DNA of 64,000 bases from Oculina patagonica (lineage: Eukaryota), in NCBI RefSeq assembly GCF_052425735.1, contig NC_135764.1:9796001-9860000 (forward strand), in the 5' to 3' direction. Below, in pieces: positions 1-12,596 of this stretch; position 1 is the first letter of the stretch; the number at the start of each line of letters is the position of its first letter. Both the position numbers and the translations under genes were made by a program. The notes beneath the pieces were generated by a model, which did no database searches, was not told where the DNA came from, and saw nothing but the letters and a program-made list of their open reading frames with translations.

Positions 1-1940
1 CCACGGATTTCAGGGGTATTCCGGTAGTCCATCCCCTGCAATTTCTTAAATCCATGCCAGGTTACTAAGCGCTATGATTTATCAGGTTTTTATCTGAATG
101 CAAAATCTTGCCAATACGTAGCTGAAAGCAAATAATATTCGCCTCCGCAACTTGCATCCTTGGCCTTGTCTGACAAATAATCCGATCGCAACTAAGCTTC
201 AAGATGGCATATATCAGCGGGAATATCGGAACGTTTTTCAAACCTACAGACATCAGCGATGTTTCCACGAGTCTGTTGTCTACTTGTGATCACTTGCGGC
301 AAGCGTTATTAAGACCAGTTTAATCCACATTGGGATAGTTAAAAGCCTTTCTGGACCAGGATCAAGTATTGAAGGAAAAAGCTTGGGGGGTGGTCTGTTC
401 TCGTAAACAATAAAGCCAATCAATCAAAAATTGTTACCATGGTTACGAGTTGGGTAAGACCTCTATGCAACATAAATATGGTGGAGATCGGCCGACCCCC
501 TTCTTCCGACATTTTTTAATATTGCCTGGGTTTCTGAGACAGACATTCTTAAATGCTTGTTTTCTAAAACTATTATGACGACAGCAAGCTTGCTCCACGT
601 CCTGTTTTAATACGTTAAAAATAAAAGTAAACAACTTAAATATATATCACGTGTTGTACTTATTTAATAAATTGGTGAACCTCAACCTAACATTTTTGTC
701 TGGAAACAGTTTCAATGCGACACTTGTATTACATTGTTTTTTTTTTCTATTTTCGCTCCTTTGTTGGAAAGTATACATGATAGTAAGTTTGTTGTCGTTT
801 ATATGATATTAAGAAAATTATGTTAAATAAATTGGGGAAAAGCACGAAGTTAAAGAAGGGAAAACAGCTATCAGGAAGATGGCAGGACATTTTGGGTGTA
901 TTTTTTGTCTTGTAAACACCTTGTCTCTTTTCTTGCGTGGAGGGGGGTGGGGGGGGGGGGGGCAACAATGATCTGGCAAGGTTTCTGGCTGGGTAATCAA
1001 AATAATAAGGACAGTAGAATTGTAACATGAAATAATGGAACTAATATCTTCCGACCGTTACTTGAAAAACTGAGTTATTTACATTTAACTATTTTTTGTT
1101 GTCAGTCTATGATGTTACACCATTTTCCAGCTCCCATCTTCAACTCCACTGTGCCATTCTAAAACGGTGGTTAGTCAACAATATATCCTTTTTTAATATT
1201 GAAATTCTAAAACCTTATTTTCGCTGGTAAATTAGTAATATTGTGCACACGACGTTCGCTTTGCAAGATGACAGGAGAACCCGCTTGTGTTAAAGGATTC
1301 AATAACATATAGCAGATCAATTGTTTTCCCATTTTTTTTTCTTTCGATGACGATCATTTAATATTTTGCCTCAAAGAAATAAAAGCTGAAATGATCACTT
1401 ATCTTCAGTATAACAGTTGTTCCCAAAACAAATATTGCAAAAAATATCATTTTGCTGCTATAAAGAAGTCTTCTTATTTTGGTCAAGTTTAAATTTATTT
1501 TGTTAATCTATTTAATATATCCTAGAATTTATTCTTAGAAGAAATACTTCCTGCAGGAAGAAAGACTTATCATAGTTGAGCCCCCTCGGAAACAAACGTC
1601 TCAAACCATGTGCCGATAAGCGAGTAGAACTAGTTGTTACAAAATATAAGTGCTTATTGTGTTACTATTTTATTATTCCATAATTGAAGGGGGGATGATT
1701 ACATATTTCAAGTGGTAATTCCAGTATCAGTGGTTATATTTGGAAGGTCGAGCAAAACAAGTAAATGAAATAGAAACATAGAGTAGTTGTGTAGGCAAAC
1801 TTAGGTTATTTGGCGAGCCGTACAATGTCGTTATTCATTTGGCATTGTGTGAACATGGTGCATCCGATTATCTGTCATCCAAAAGTATAAAATGCATTAT
1901 TTGGGGTTGTTCACCAGCCAGAAACGAAGAAGACTTCGCG

Positions 1941-2451
1941 ATGAACAAACTGTTCCTGTTAGCATTGGTTGGCTTTGTGCTGGCTTTAGGTTTGGCACTT
2001 CCTCTTTATGAGAATGGAGATCAAACGAATAATGACCTCAAATCAGAAGACGCTGCGAGGTGTGGTAAAAAACGTTTTCTATAAAAGACAACGATGTGGC
2101 GTGCTTTAACAGTTGCTTTACATTGTTCCAATCACACGAGCAAAATTGTTGCTGATTCGTTTTTTTTAGAATAAGTCAAACAACGCTTGTGCATTCGCAG
2201 GCAGTTTGTGTTAAATACTTATACATGTTATTGCCATTTTTTTTCGCAGGGACTTGAACTGGGATGCTGCAGATAAGGAAGATTACGATGATGATGATGA
2301 CTATGATAATGGCGAAGAAGACGAAGATGACGACAATTCTTTTTCAAATCCAATAGAGAAGTCATCAGATCGCCAAATTGTACGGCGCTTATTTCGAGTC
2401 CGTCGCTTCTTCCGCGGCACTCGTAGATTCTTCCGCCGCTTCCGTGGCTAA
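1941..2451 (+). CDS. Type A secreted cationic prepropeptide A1 (putative antimicrobial peptide precursor), 106 aa; exons 1941-2059, 2250-2451
   Basis: Signal peptide MNKLFLLALVGFVLALGLA. Phase-2 GT-AG intron (GAG|gtgtgg ... ttttcgcag|G) joins in frame to the acidic pro-region and C-terminal QIVRRLFRVRRFFRGTRRFFRRFR-G-stop. TATAAAA at 1886-1892. Confidence 0.88.
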
Positions 2452-4598
2452 AGAAGCAACACTTACCAGTTCTAGGTATGCACGCCTCAAGTTTTGAGCT
2501 TCCATGTCTTTTCTTTAGTTAAGGCTCTTTTTACTGATAATCTTAAGCCACAGTTTTAACTTGACTTCAGAAATGAGAAGTAAAGATAAGATAAGAAAAA
2601 TCAAAAATGATAAAAAAGGACTAATAGTTACAATAAATAATCATTATAGCTGGAACTTGATTGATTAAACCGACTATGGTTATCTGGGCCTGAAGTTAAA
2701 AAAACGCCTGAAAAAAAAATATCATAATGATTAGCGTGATTATCTTTAACAACTTGTATACAACTAAATTTGATGTGGCTTAGAATTTTGTGATGATGTT
2801 CTGTTGCACTGTATTTTCTTTTTAGTAACGTACCTTAATAAACGCCATGCCAAACTTTTTTTTTTGTTCTGTTCTCTTATTTTGCATTTTTTCGAAAAAC
2901 CGGTATTCAAGTTATTATTGCTCAATAAAATCTTAAAAGAAGGCCTTTTTTGTCCTGCACTTGGTTGTAATTTTATAGTTAATTTATGTTCGAAACAATG
3001 TCCGCTAATATCGAGATGCTAAGCTAAAAAATCGAAACTTACTGCTGAAAGCGGAATTAGTAATATATTTGCTAAATAAATGTATTATTTTCATAAATTC
3101 ATTTGTCCTGTTAAGAAAGCGTACACAGAAAAAAGAAAGAAATGAAATTAATGGCTTCCAAAAGTTGATATCTTCATTGTTCAATCTATACTTTTTTTTT
3201 CTCCACAGACGTACCCTCCATGAACAAAACTGAAAAAAGCCAAGCTCTGTCAATTAACAATACTAACAAGATTTGATAAAGTAAAGTTTGGAAGCTATAG
3301 TAAATAAAAGCGTAAAAATGTACTGATTTTCGTTTTGGATAATAAAAAAAAAAATAAATAAATAAACGTAGATTTTGGTTGTGATAAGTTTAATTTTTTT
3401 TTTTCATATAATTTATATGACTTCCATTTCCATTGTAAAAAACTGACAGAGGGGTATATTTCGTTTAATTTTTGATAAGAATTCAGATGCAGCTGTGGCA
3501 TCAAGCATTTATTAATTGCTTTTCGATGCATATGCAGATGAAAGTATTGGCGGTAAGTGGTCCAAGTAGAGGCAACACCGTCCACCTGTCCTTACAAATT
3601 TCCCTGAGAAGAAAAGTCGAGCATGCATTATAATTGTTATAAAGGAATGGTTTGTAAAGCTTTGCCGCCGGGGTGGGTAGTGGGGGGGGGGGGGGGAGGT
3701 GTCAAGGGGGCTTATTAGAATGCGTTTTTTTTTTTTTTTTTCAAAATATAAAAACAGTTAGGGTGCAGTTGATTTTCTCATGTTTTATTGCTGCCTTTAC
3801 ACATTTTCACACAAAACTCATAAACATTATTTGTGTATAGTTCTAACACATTTTGAAATGTAAAAATAAGATGCTCCGGGTTCATGCAATAGTTGCGGTT
3901 CCACTAGCCATCTTGCCCTCGGGAAAGTACAACTTTACCCAAATGCGAGAGGGGATTGTTTTGTGTGTGACCTCAGCACCCACATTGAAACTACACATGG
4001 AAAATCACCCTTCTCCACTGATCTGCCTACTTTTATGCCTTCTTTTTTTTCGAGAAGGTGGTGGGTGAGAGTGGAGTGTGAACGCCTTTTGTATGAATTT
4101 TACCATCTGGTGCACCCTTACATTGAGAGAACAAATTGTAATTTAGATTCCATTCGCTTTTCCCCGCACAACTCCCCTGAGGAAAGGGGATAGAATGATC
4201 AGACGCAAGAGAAATGACCGTGACTGGGGCTGTGTCACGTAATTGTATTATGTGTGTTTGCGCCCGAGCGAAACGGTTGGCATGATTATCACACACCAGG
4301 TGCTGTTTATAGTGCAGAATCGTTTTACTTATTTAAACGTCGGGTTCGGAGACACTTCTGCCGCTCAGTTGATCATTTCTCGCGGCTGTGCAGGCCAAAA
4401 CACATGTAATTGATCGAGATCCTCTTTTCAGGGTTTACCAATGATTTCATCAAAACGTTTTTGACATAAAGGAAGGATGTGAAGAGTACAAAGGTGTGAA
4501 AATAACGAAGCCGAGAAAAACGAAGGAAAAAGAAAAAAAGGAAAAAAAATGGGAACAATTTCGCAAAAAATCCAAGTTTTGCCTTATACGCATGCACC

Positions 4599-4925
4599 AA
4601 CCCTACGAAATCTTATCCAAAACTCGACAACTGGACGCCGCCATCTTGGAGCTGACGTCAATGAGCTCAGCTTGAAGTTTGGCGGGATAATTTAAATACT
4701 CGAAACTCCTTGTTTCTTCGAAGTGGCTTTTGTTTGACAAAATGCCTGTTTGTGCAGCTCCATTTTGCTCAAACAGAGCTCCAAGATATACAAAAAACAA
4801 GGAGTTTCGACTATTAAAATTTCCCCGTTAAACTTCAGGCTGAGCTCTTTGACGTCACGCATACATTACCAGCTCCAAGATGGCGGCGTTCAGTTGTCGA
4901 GTTTTGGATAAGATTTCGTAGGGTT
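4599..4925. mobile_element. Palindromic MITE nested in a decayed piggyBac-like copy (about 4370-5640)
   Basis: About 55-bp inverted arms AACCCTACGAAATCTTATCCAAAACTCGACAACTG..., plus further internal inverted similarity. Confidence 0.75.
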
Positions 4926-6039
4926 ATAGCTAAAGTTGGAGGCTGAAATTTTGGTGAATAACATATCTTTGTGTAAACTTTTTATTGGCGCAAAGAGAAT
5001 TAATGGCCATTCTGGAGTGAACTTCTCCTTTAAGCAATCACCATGAAACTTATAGGATGTATTGTACGTCCGAAACTCTTTCTTTTGGTATACGTCACGT
5101 GGGATGGTGACGTCACATCACGTGACAATTACATCATGATGTCAAAACAGCCGCCATCTTGGATCCGCCATCTTGGATTTCAAAATTTTTCCAAAATGCC
5201 AGAAAACCACCCAAAATCATTGCAAAGTACTCAAAATGAATAAAAATGTGCTTTAAACCCGTAAAACTTTAAAAACAATGCCATTTAAGTTGATTTTTAT
5301 TAACAGAAACACGCAAAATTACAAATTTGGGAAAACATGCCTGTCAAAATGCCGTTGCCATGGTGATGTCAAGTTCCTGACACATCATCCAACCCAACCA
5401 ATTTGTTGCCACATAAATTTTAGGAGAACTCAGAAAGTTTGGCAGCGTTTGGTTAAATCCTAAAAAAGTTATAAAAGTTCAAAGTCAGCGCGGGCCTCAA
5501 AAGCCCCCTCTCCCCCCTCCCGGTCTGAATAGGGTTAAGTAGAGTTAACGGAAATTCAGGATCGTAGTACGTAGCACCAAAAATTCAGTTTAACGGTAAA
5601 AAATGCGGGTTTTTTGAGATAATTAGCACTGAAAGGATTAAGCGAGACAATGGTAAATCCTGTATCATCTCCAAGTACGACCTCAATTTAAGGCTTGGAC
5701 TAACTGCACGAATAACACCTTCTGTAGCCGGCTTTTATCCCGGATTCAATCTGCCGAGCCAACTTTCAAATGACAGCCCATCCTGACAAGTAACGCCCGC
5801 CACAACTCCATGGATTTTGAGATCACCCCTTTCCACTTTACTAACATCAGCATTTACCTTTGCTTCTGCTCATTGTACTTTTCCAGTCTTTTCTCTCGCC
5901 GTTTCCAGCGCTCCCCACACAACCGAACCCCTGAAACAATCTATAAAGAAATACGTTCGGTCACTTAAATAAATGATGACCTTGTTTCAAGCCCTTTTAC
6001 CTTATTTAATCACAGTATATTCAAGAGACCGTCACTTAA

Positions 6040-8510
6040 CTTTCAACTCGTGGCAAATCTGCTCTGATGAACCAGTCAGCTCTTTTTCGAATGAGGAGCG
6101 TGCGCGCGCCGTTTTTCATGACTCTGAACGCCTGAACGGGATAAACTAAAAGAATTTAAAATACAAAAATGACGCCTTGTGTTAGGCCCTAATGCAAGAA
6201 GTATTTACCACCAAGACCATCACTAAACTCTCAACTTTTGGCAAATCTGCTCTGAGGAACCAAGAAGCTCTCCAACTCGTCCCCTGGGTCATCTCCGCTT
6301 ATCTTGAAAGAGGAGCTGGCCCTGTGTACGGGGTTGGCGATCTGTTTGTCGAAATGACACGCTGGTTTAAGATCATTACTAAAACAGTCGACTTGAATAA
6401 ATATGCTCTGAAAGGATCAGCCACCTCGTTGTCGAATTGGCACCCTTATTTACCTGTCCGAACTACAGCAAAGGAAATGGAAAAATCACAATACACGCAC
6501 TACTGCATGGATCTTATATAAAACTTATTTCTGCTATGTATTACACGAATTTGGGTCACTAAGAAGTTAGCGTGTTTCACGCTCTAATTCAGTAATCAAT
6601 AGCGTAACAACATATTCACGAGATCATCAATTAAATATCTCAATTTCCGGCAAATCTGCTCTGAAGGATCAGCGCCTTCTTTGACGAGTTGCCAGAGGTC
6701 TCAATAACCCACACAGAACTCTTGCTACCGAGTCAGAATAACAGTAACATCATTCACTTTACACGAGGATTCTGGACCAAGCTCGAAAGTAACTTCCTAA
6801 TTCTTGCAGGTACAGGTACGGGTACAGCAGGTACTTGTTATGACTAATGGAGTGGAACATTAACCTGCTACTTCAAAACTAAAATAATAACTTCTGTGTT
6901 GAAATCATTATTTAACTGTTGGAACTATCGCAGAAAAATAGCAACGAAAATAGCATACACGCTTACTGCGTGCATTGAGCACGAAACCAAGTTTTATTCT
7001 TTTGTATGTAAAAAAATTGAGTCACTAAAAAGATACTTTAACCCTTTCACTCCTAAACGCGCATTCAGGCGCTATTTGGAGGTGCAGTCATTGATTCACT
7101 TGTGACGTCATTAATAAGCACGTCAGTGGAAATTCGTGATAAGAATCTGATAGAGCTTGAATCGACCTTTCTACAGGAACTTTGCATTTTGAATATCAGT
7201 TGCATTCTGACAGAGCTAATCAAAGAAAAACAAAATCCATTTTTGGTGCAAAATCGTTGCTAAACAGGCCAGTACACCTGTAATTGGTCAAGGTCCTCTT
7301 TTCAGGGTTTTCCATTGATAATGTCAAAACTTTTTTAACCAAAAGATAGGATATGAACAGTAGAAAGTAACGAGAATAAGAGAGCGAAAAAAAAAGGAAG
7401 CAAAAGGGGCAAAAAAAAAATTTGGAACGGTTCAGCAAAAAAAAAAAAAAAAAAAAAAAAATTGGCTTATGCACATGCACCAAAGTAAAATATTGTACAT
7501 TTTTACACAGAATCTTTATGAAAATATTGCTGAAGTATAAAAAAGTGCTTCTTTAGCAAAGTTGAGGTAAATTCCAGACCATAGCACCAAAATTTCAGTT
7601 TAGCGGCTAAAAAAACGCGTTTTTTGAGGAAAATTTGGGTGTCAAAGGGTTAATTCGTGTCTTCGCTCCACATATGATGATCATCTCATATATATATATA
7701 TATAATATGAGATCATAACTAAAGCCTCAACTTGTCACTAGAACGACGCCTTTTTTCACGCGCTGATGGATCGATCAATAACAACATTTTTCTGTGGTCT
7801 TTAATAAAACATCTCAACTTGTGGCAAATCTGCTCTGATCAGCACTTTCTTTGACGAGTTATCAGAAGTCTTCATAACCCACACAGAACTCTTGCTGCCA
7901 AGTCAGAATAGCAGTGACATTATCTACTTTACACGAGGATTCTGGAACAAGCTCGAAATTAACTTCTTAATTCTTGCAGGTACAGGTACAGCAGGTACTT
8001 TTTATGGCTAATGGGCTGGAACATTAACCTGCTACTTCAAAACTAAAAAAAAAAAATAACTTCTATGTTGAAATCGTCATTTAACTGTTGGAACTATCGC
8101 AGAAAAATAGCAACGAAAAGCGCGTACAAGCGTACTGCGTGCATGTAGCACGAAACCAAGTTTTATTCTTTTGTATGGGAAGAATTTGAGCCACTAAAAA
8201 GATACTTTAATTCGTGTCTTCGCCCTATATATGATGATCTCACATATATATAATTATGAGATCATAAATAAAGCCTTAACTTGTCACTAAAACGACGCCT
8301 TTTTTCACGCGCTAATGGATCGATCAACAACATCATTTTCCTGAGGTCATCAATAAAACATCTCAACTTGTGGCAAATCTGCTCTAAAACCAGTGCGCTA
8401 TTTGCCACGTTACCAGAACGCTTTATAAACCGATTGTCTCAACCATCTGCTGTGTCAGAATAGCTGCGACATTCACTGTACACACGGATTCTGGATCGAA
8501 CTCGGAATCA
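6040..8510 (+). repeat. Diverged tandem array upstream of FGF marked by GGCAAATCTGCTCT
   Basis: Motif at about 6052, 6240, 6649, 7823 and 8372. The about 550-bp unit at 6640-7810 (minus the MITE) is repeated at 7810-8360. Confidence 0.7.
7042..7649. mobile_element. Non-autonomous piggyBac-like element
   Basis: TTAA|CCCTTTCAC ... GTCAAAGGG|TTAA. The empty site gatacTTTAAttcgtgtc is in the adjacent duplicate at about 8201-8218. Confidence 0.85.
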
Positions 8511-8845
8511 AGTCAAGTCAAGTCAAGTATTTCTTCACACGGTAACTTATTCTTGACATTTTATTGCGATTGGTAGGTAAAGGAATTGGTTCAATTTGTC
8601 TGATTTTTTCGAGTGTGCCCTAAACAACTATTCATATATAACTTCCTTTTGATAGCGAGGTGGGGGATCTTATTTACCAGGATAAGTCCCGTATTTATTT
8701 CAGAAAATACACCATGTGTTCACACAGACTATTAAATGGTGATTCGTTTTATAACTCGTATTAACGATAGTTTTCCTCTCCCTTTATTAAAAAGAAATTT
8801 GCACCCAATCGAGTGGAATCAAGATTTAATCAGTTAAATTGCAAG

Positions 8846-11800
8846 ATGAATACTGCAGGAAAAGTAAGTAATTTTTCGAATAACTCGAGTTAATAAAAAC
8901 GTAATAACGTAAGTTACTCTATATATACATGTAAACAAAGGAAGGTACTATACTTTTATAACATTATGCCCTCAACTTTTATATATATAGTTAAAAAATT
9001 GCTATAATAAGCAAAAGCTAGCTAACAATACGATACAACAAATGACGAGAGTATTTTTTTAAATTAAAATTAGTTGCGAACATGAAAGACAATTCAGCCG
9101 AAATGCCGTGAAAAGTTACATACCGTAAAACTCTTAATTGACGAAAATAAGTAGAAATAACTGAAATACCGTGATCCAGCCCCTTTTAAACCCATTACAA
9201 ACCATGACTCGTGCATTTAATTATACATAAATTATACATAACAAAACTAACTAAAAAAAAAATATTAACGTTGGAGCCTGAAGGTTGAATAAATCGTGTT
9301 TTCTCGTGAGTCTCTTGTCGTAGCAGAGAGGAAAGCACAGAAAATGTATTTTTGTAAGTTCTGTAAGTAAAATGAAATAAATAAATTAAAATAAACTGTA
9401 AAGTAATGAAACAGTGATATGTCATTACATGAAATTTTGGCGACACGTTAATTTAGCGATTTTTTCAAAAATCCGTTTTTAGCGACATTTTAAATCAGCG
9501 TTTGTTTGCAAAATCGCTAAATTCGCGAAGTTAAATTGTCGCCAAAATTTCATTTTAAAAGGTACATAATCTTGATTCAACACTAGCCTACGTGCTGATA
9601 CGTTTAAAGTCCATCCCGGAAGCGAACCTTCCAGCGCACGCGTTTTATTGGCCCTCGTTTTACTCGCCGAGAGTAGACTGTCTGCGGTGAAACCGGCCTG
9701 CCAAAACTCGGTTTTTAAAAATGTGAAAGCAAGTTTCTTCCATAAACTGGCCGGTTTCAGTAAAATGTGTTTAGAATTGTCAAGACGGAATTGCGATGTT
9801 TTTGAGTGAACCCTCCGGCATAGTTATTGCTGATTGAATGTGCGATTTGGGAAACAGCGTCCGAGTGCTGGTGAAGTATTTAAAACGAAAGTAGGATACA
9901 AACCAATCTTAAACAAATTGTTACACAAAGTAAGCTAAATATAATGAGTTTCGGATCAAGTAGAGTGCTTACTAATAAGATTTTGTTTGAATTTTGGCTT
10001 TGACATGGGGAAGCGTAATTCGATTATTTCCGGTTTTTGACAAGTTGGTGTTGTGATTTGGACCAAATAGAAAGGGGTAGTTCTTGGTAGTTTTTAAAAG
10101 CCCCCGACTAATTTTTATACCATTAAAAAGAACTCCATTTTCACTTATTCACTTGAACTGAGGAGAAAGCGACCAAAGAAGACTGCTGATAGTCACGCTA
10201 TTTCTTCCATGAATGTTCATAACATTTTCTTGGCAACTTTATGTTTTTTTTAAATACACGTTTTATACACCGCCATGTCGATCGAGTGGAATTTATGCTA
10301 ATGAACTGAATGAAGAGTCATCTGGAAATAGTTGGCCCAGCACTGCTAATCGTTTACACTACCCATTTTATTCGAGGCGGGTTTGTTTTCAGGAACACTT
10401 ATTTATTTACTTACTAANNNNNNNNNNNNNNNNNNNNNNNNNNNNNNNNNNNNNNNNNNNNNNNNNNNNNNNNNNNNNNNNNNNNNNNNNNNNNNNNNNN
10501 NNNNNNNNNNNNNNNNNNNNNNNNNNNNNNNNNNNNNNNNNNNNNNNNNNNNNNNNNNNNNNAAACATAGATTAAGAAAAAATTATTTCCAAACTTGGTC
10601 AAAGGTCCGAAATTACGCGTCAGTTAGCTCTAGAGAAAAATTCACTCACAAAGAAGTTAAAAAAGATTACCAATTAGAAGAGTATCTCACTACAGTTAAA
10701 AATCCAGCGCATCGAATAAAAATAACTAAACTAAGATTAGGGGTACATTCCCCACGCATACAGACTGGAAAATATGAAAATGCAGGAGCATCCATACCAG
10801 TTGAAGAAAGAAAGTGCTTGGTATGTAAGGAAAACCACATAGAGGACGAACAGCATTTTTTAATGTATTGCAAATGGTATAATGATATTAGAAAAGAGCT
10901 TCATTCAATCGTGTCACAAACTGATCCTCGCTTTGTAGATTTAACTGATCATGAAAAAATAAAGTACCTTCTTAAACTAGATAATTATGCTACCTCTAGA
11001 ATCATAGCTAAATATATCTTCCTAATGTTTCAAAAAAGAAAAGAAGTTTTAAATTGAAAGTTATATCAATAAATAGTTGTATAAGTAATAGTCCAATAAT
11101 TACCGTAAACGTTTGCATTGTAATTTCATTGTTTGTTATTAAGTAATTTGTTAGCATAGTTGCTATAACACCTTTATTGTAACTAGACCAATACCTCCCT
11201 TTGGAGTGTAAGGCACAATAAAGATTTACTGTTACTGTTACTGTTACTCACTCACTTACTCACTCACTTACTGACTGACTGACTGACTGTCTGACTGACT
11301 GACTGACTGACTGACTGACTAACATTCGCCATTTTTTTTTTCTTTCTGTAGAACGCAATTCTTCTAGTTATCTTCACTTTGGGCGTGAGCCGTTCAGCGC
11401 CGGTCCTTTTTAAAGTGAACTCCAATATAAGCACCATTGCGGGCGGCATACCTACTTTTAAAAGGGCTGTTCGTTTGGTTGGGAAGTATGGATGGACTCT
11501 GCAAATTGCTCGTGATGGAACAGTTAACGGAACCGTACGCTGTGCAAGTAAATATGGTAAGAGACCTGCTTTTTTTCTTTTTTTTGTGAATGAATAGTGT
11601 ACATTTACCATCACCCTTGTTTAAAGGAGTATTACCAGGGGGATTTTGCGTAATCTTCTTGTTAAGCGATTCGAGATGTTTATCAAATGATGTTTCTCAT
11701 TTTACTTTCTTACTTTTTTCAGCCAAACTTGAGGAGCAGACAGTAGCCGACAGTTTCAAGCAATTCAAAGGAATTGAAACTGGTCTTTTTGTTGCAATGA

Positions 11801-12596
11801 ACAGCGAAGGAAACGTGTATTCTTCGGTACGTTAAAAATTTCAACTCGCTAAAAACAAACTACCTTTTAAATATTTTTTTGGAATGCGCAAGGGTGGGGG
11901 AGGAGAAGGCGGGGGCAAGGGTGGGGCTAACAGTAACAGTGAGGGCTGGACTAACATTTTAGCAACGGCAGTTAAATGTTATAAAATTTGAAAACGATCT
12001 CTGGCTAAAAAACTTTAAAAACACGAGCTTTCGGCTGTTTGAACTACAGCCTTTGACGGGTAAAATGTTAAAAAGAGTAAAAAATGCAGAGTGTGAAGTT
12101 GCGAAATAAAAATGCTAATAACTAGGAATATTTGTTAAAAGGAATGTTGTACTCTCCAGGTAGAGGACAGGAATTGTTATCCGTATTGGGAGTTAGCTTG
12201 GAATGTCACGCTTCTAAATTCTTTCTAGTTCTTAAGCCGCCTTGGTCAATGACAGCTGCGTTTTCAAAGTTAAATGGTTCTAAACTGAAGCAGTTAAATG
12301 GTTCTAAACTGACGTCAAAACTTAACGATTCTAACTTTTTTTTTTTTTTTTTTTTTTCACAGAATTCAACCAATGACGAAACAATTTTCAAGGAGACACT
12401 GGAAGATAATCATTTCCACACATTTGCTTCAGCGAAGTTCTACAGAAAAACATTATATGACACATTTATATCACTTGCACGAAAAGGGAAAGCAATGAAT
12501 GGGAATTTCACCACGGCTGGCCAAAAAAAGATCCAATTTGTAATCGTCACAAACGATAGCGATATATGTAACAGTAACAAGGATTATATTGCATAA
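8846..12596 (+). CDS. FGF: Fibroblast growth factor family protein, about 186 aa; exons 8846-8863 (tentative), 11352-11556, 11723-11826, 12363-12596
   Basis: FGF core motifs LQIARDGTVNGT, FKGIETGLFVAMNSEGNVYSS, FKETLEDNHFHTFAS, ISLARKGK. GT-AG junctions in compatible phases, including the typical 104-nt middle exon. Micro-exon ATG..AAA|gtaagt gives the signal peptide MNTAGKNAILLVIFTLGVSRS. Confidence 0.85.
10418..10562. other. Assembly gap (others at 41649-41914 and 43869-44069)
   Basis: Runs of N. Confidence 0.99.
10563..11248 (+). mobile_element. 3' fragment of a non-LTR retrotransposon within the predicted FGF first intron
   Basis: ORF2-type C-terminus LRLGVHSPRIQTGKY..ERKCLVC..EDEQHFLMYC (CCHC knuckle), stop at 11057, AATAAA and (CTGTTA)n tail. 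The 5' end runs into an N-gap. Confidence 0.85.
11246..11320. repeat. (ACTC)n/(ACTG)n microsatellite
   Basis: Directly visible after the LINE tail. Confidence 0.9.

Noticed and set aside
2254-2451. Identification as damicornin or arminin orthologs
   Set aside because: Only the architecture is shared. There is no six-Cys array and no sequence similarity I can recognise, so no gene symbol is assigned.
6040-8510. CRISPR-like repeat-spacer array
   Set aside because: Eukaryotic context, long irregular spacers that are mutually homologous, and no cas genes.
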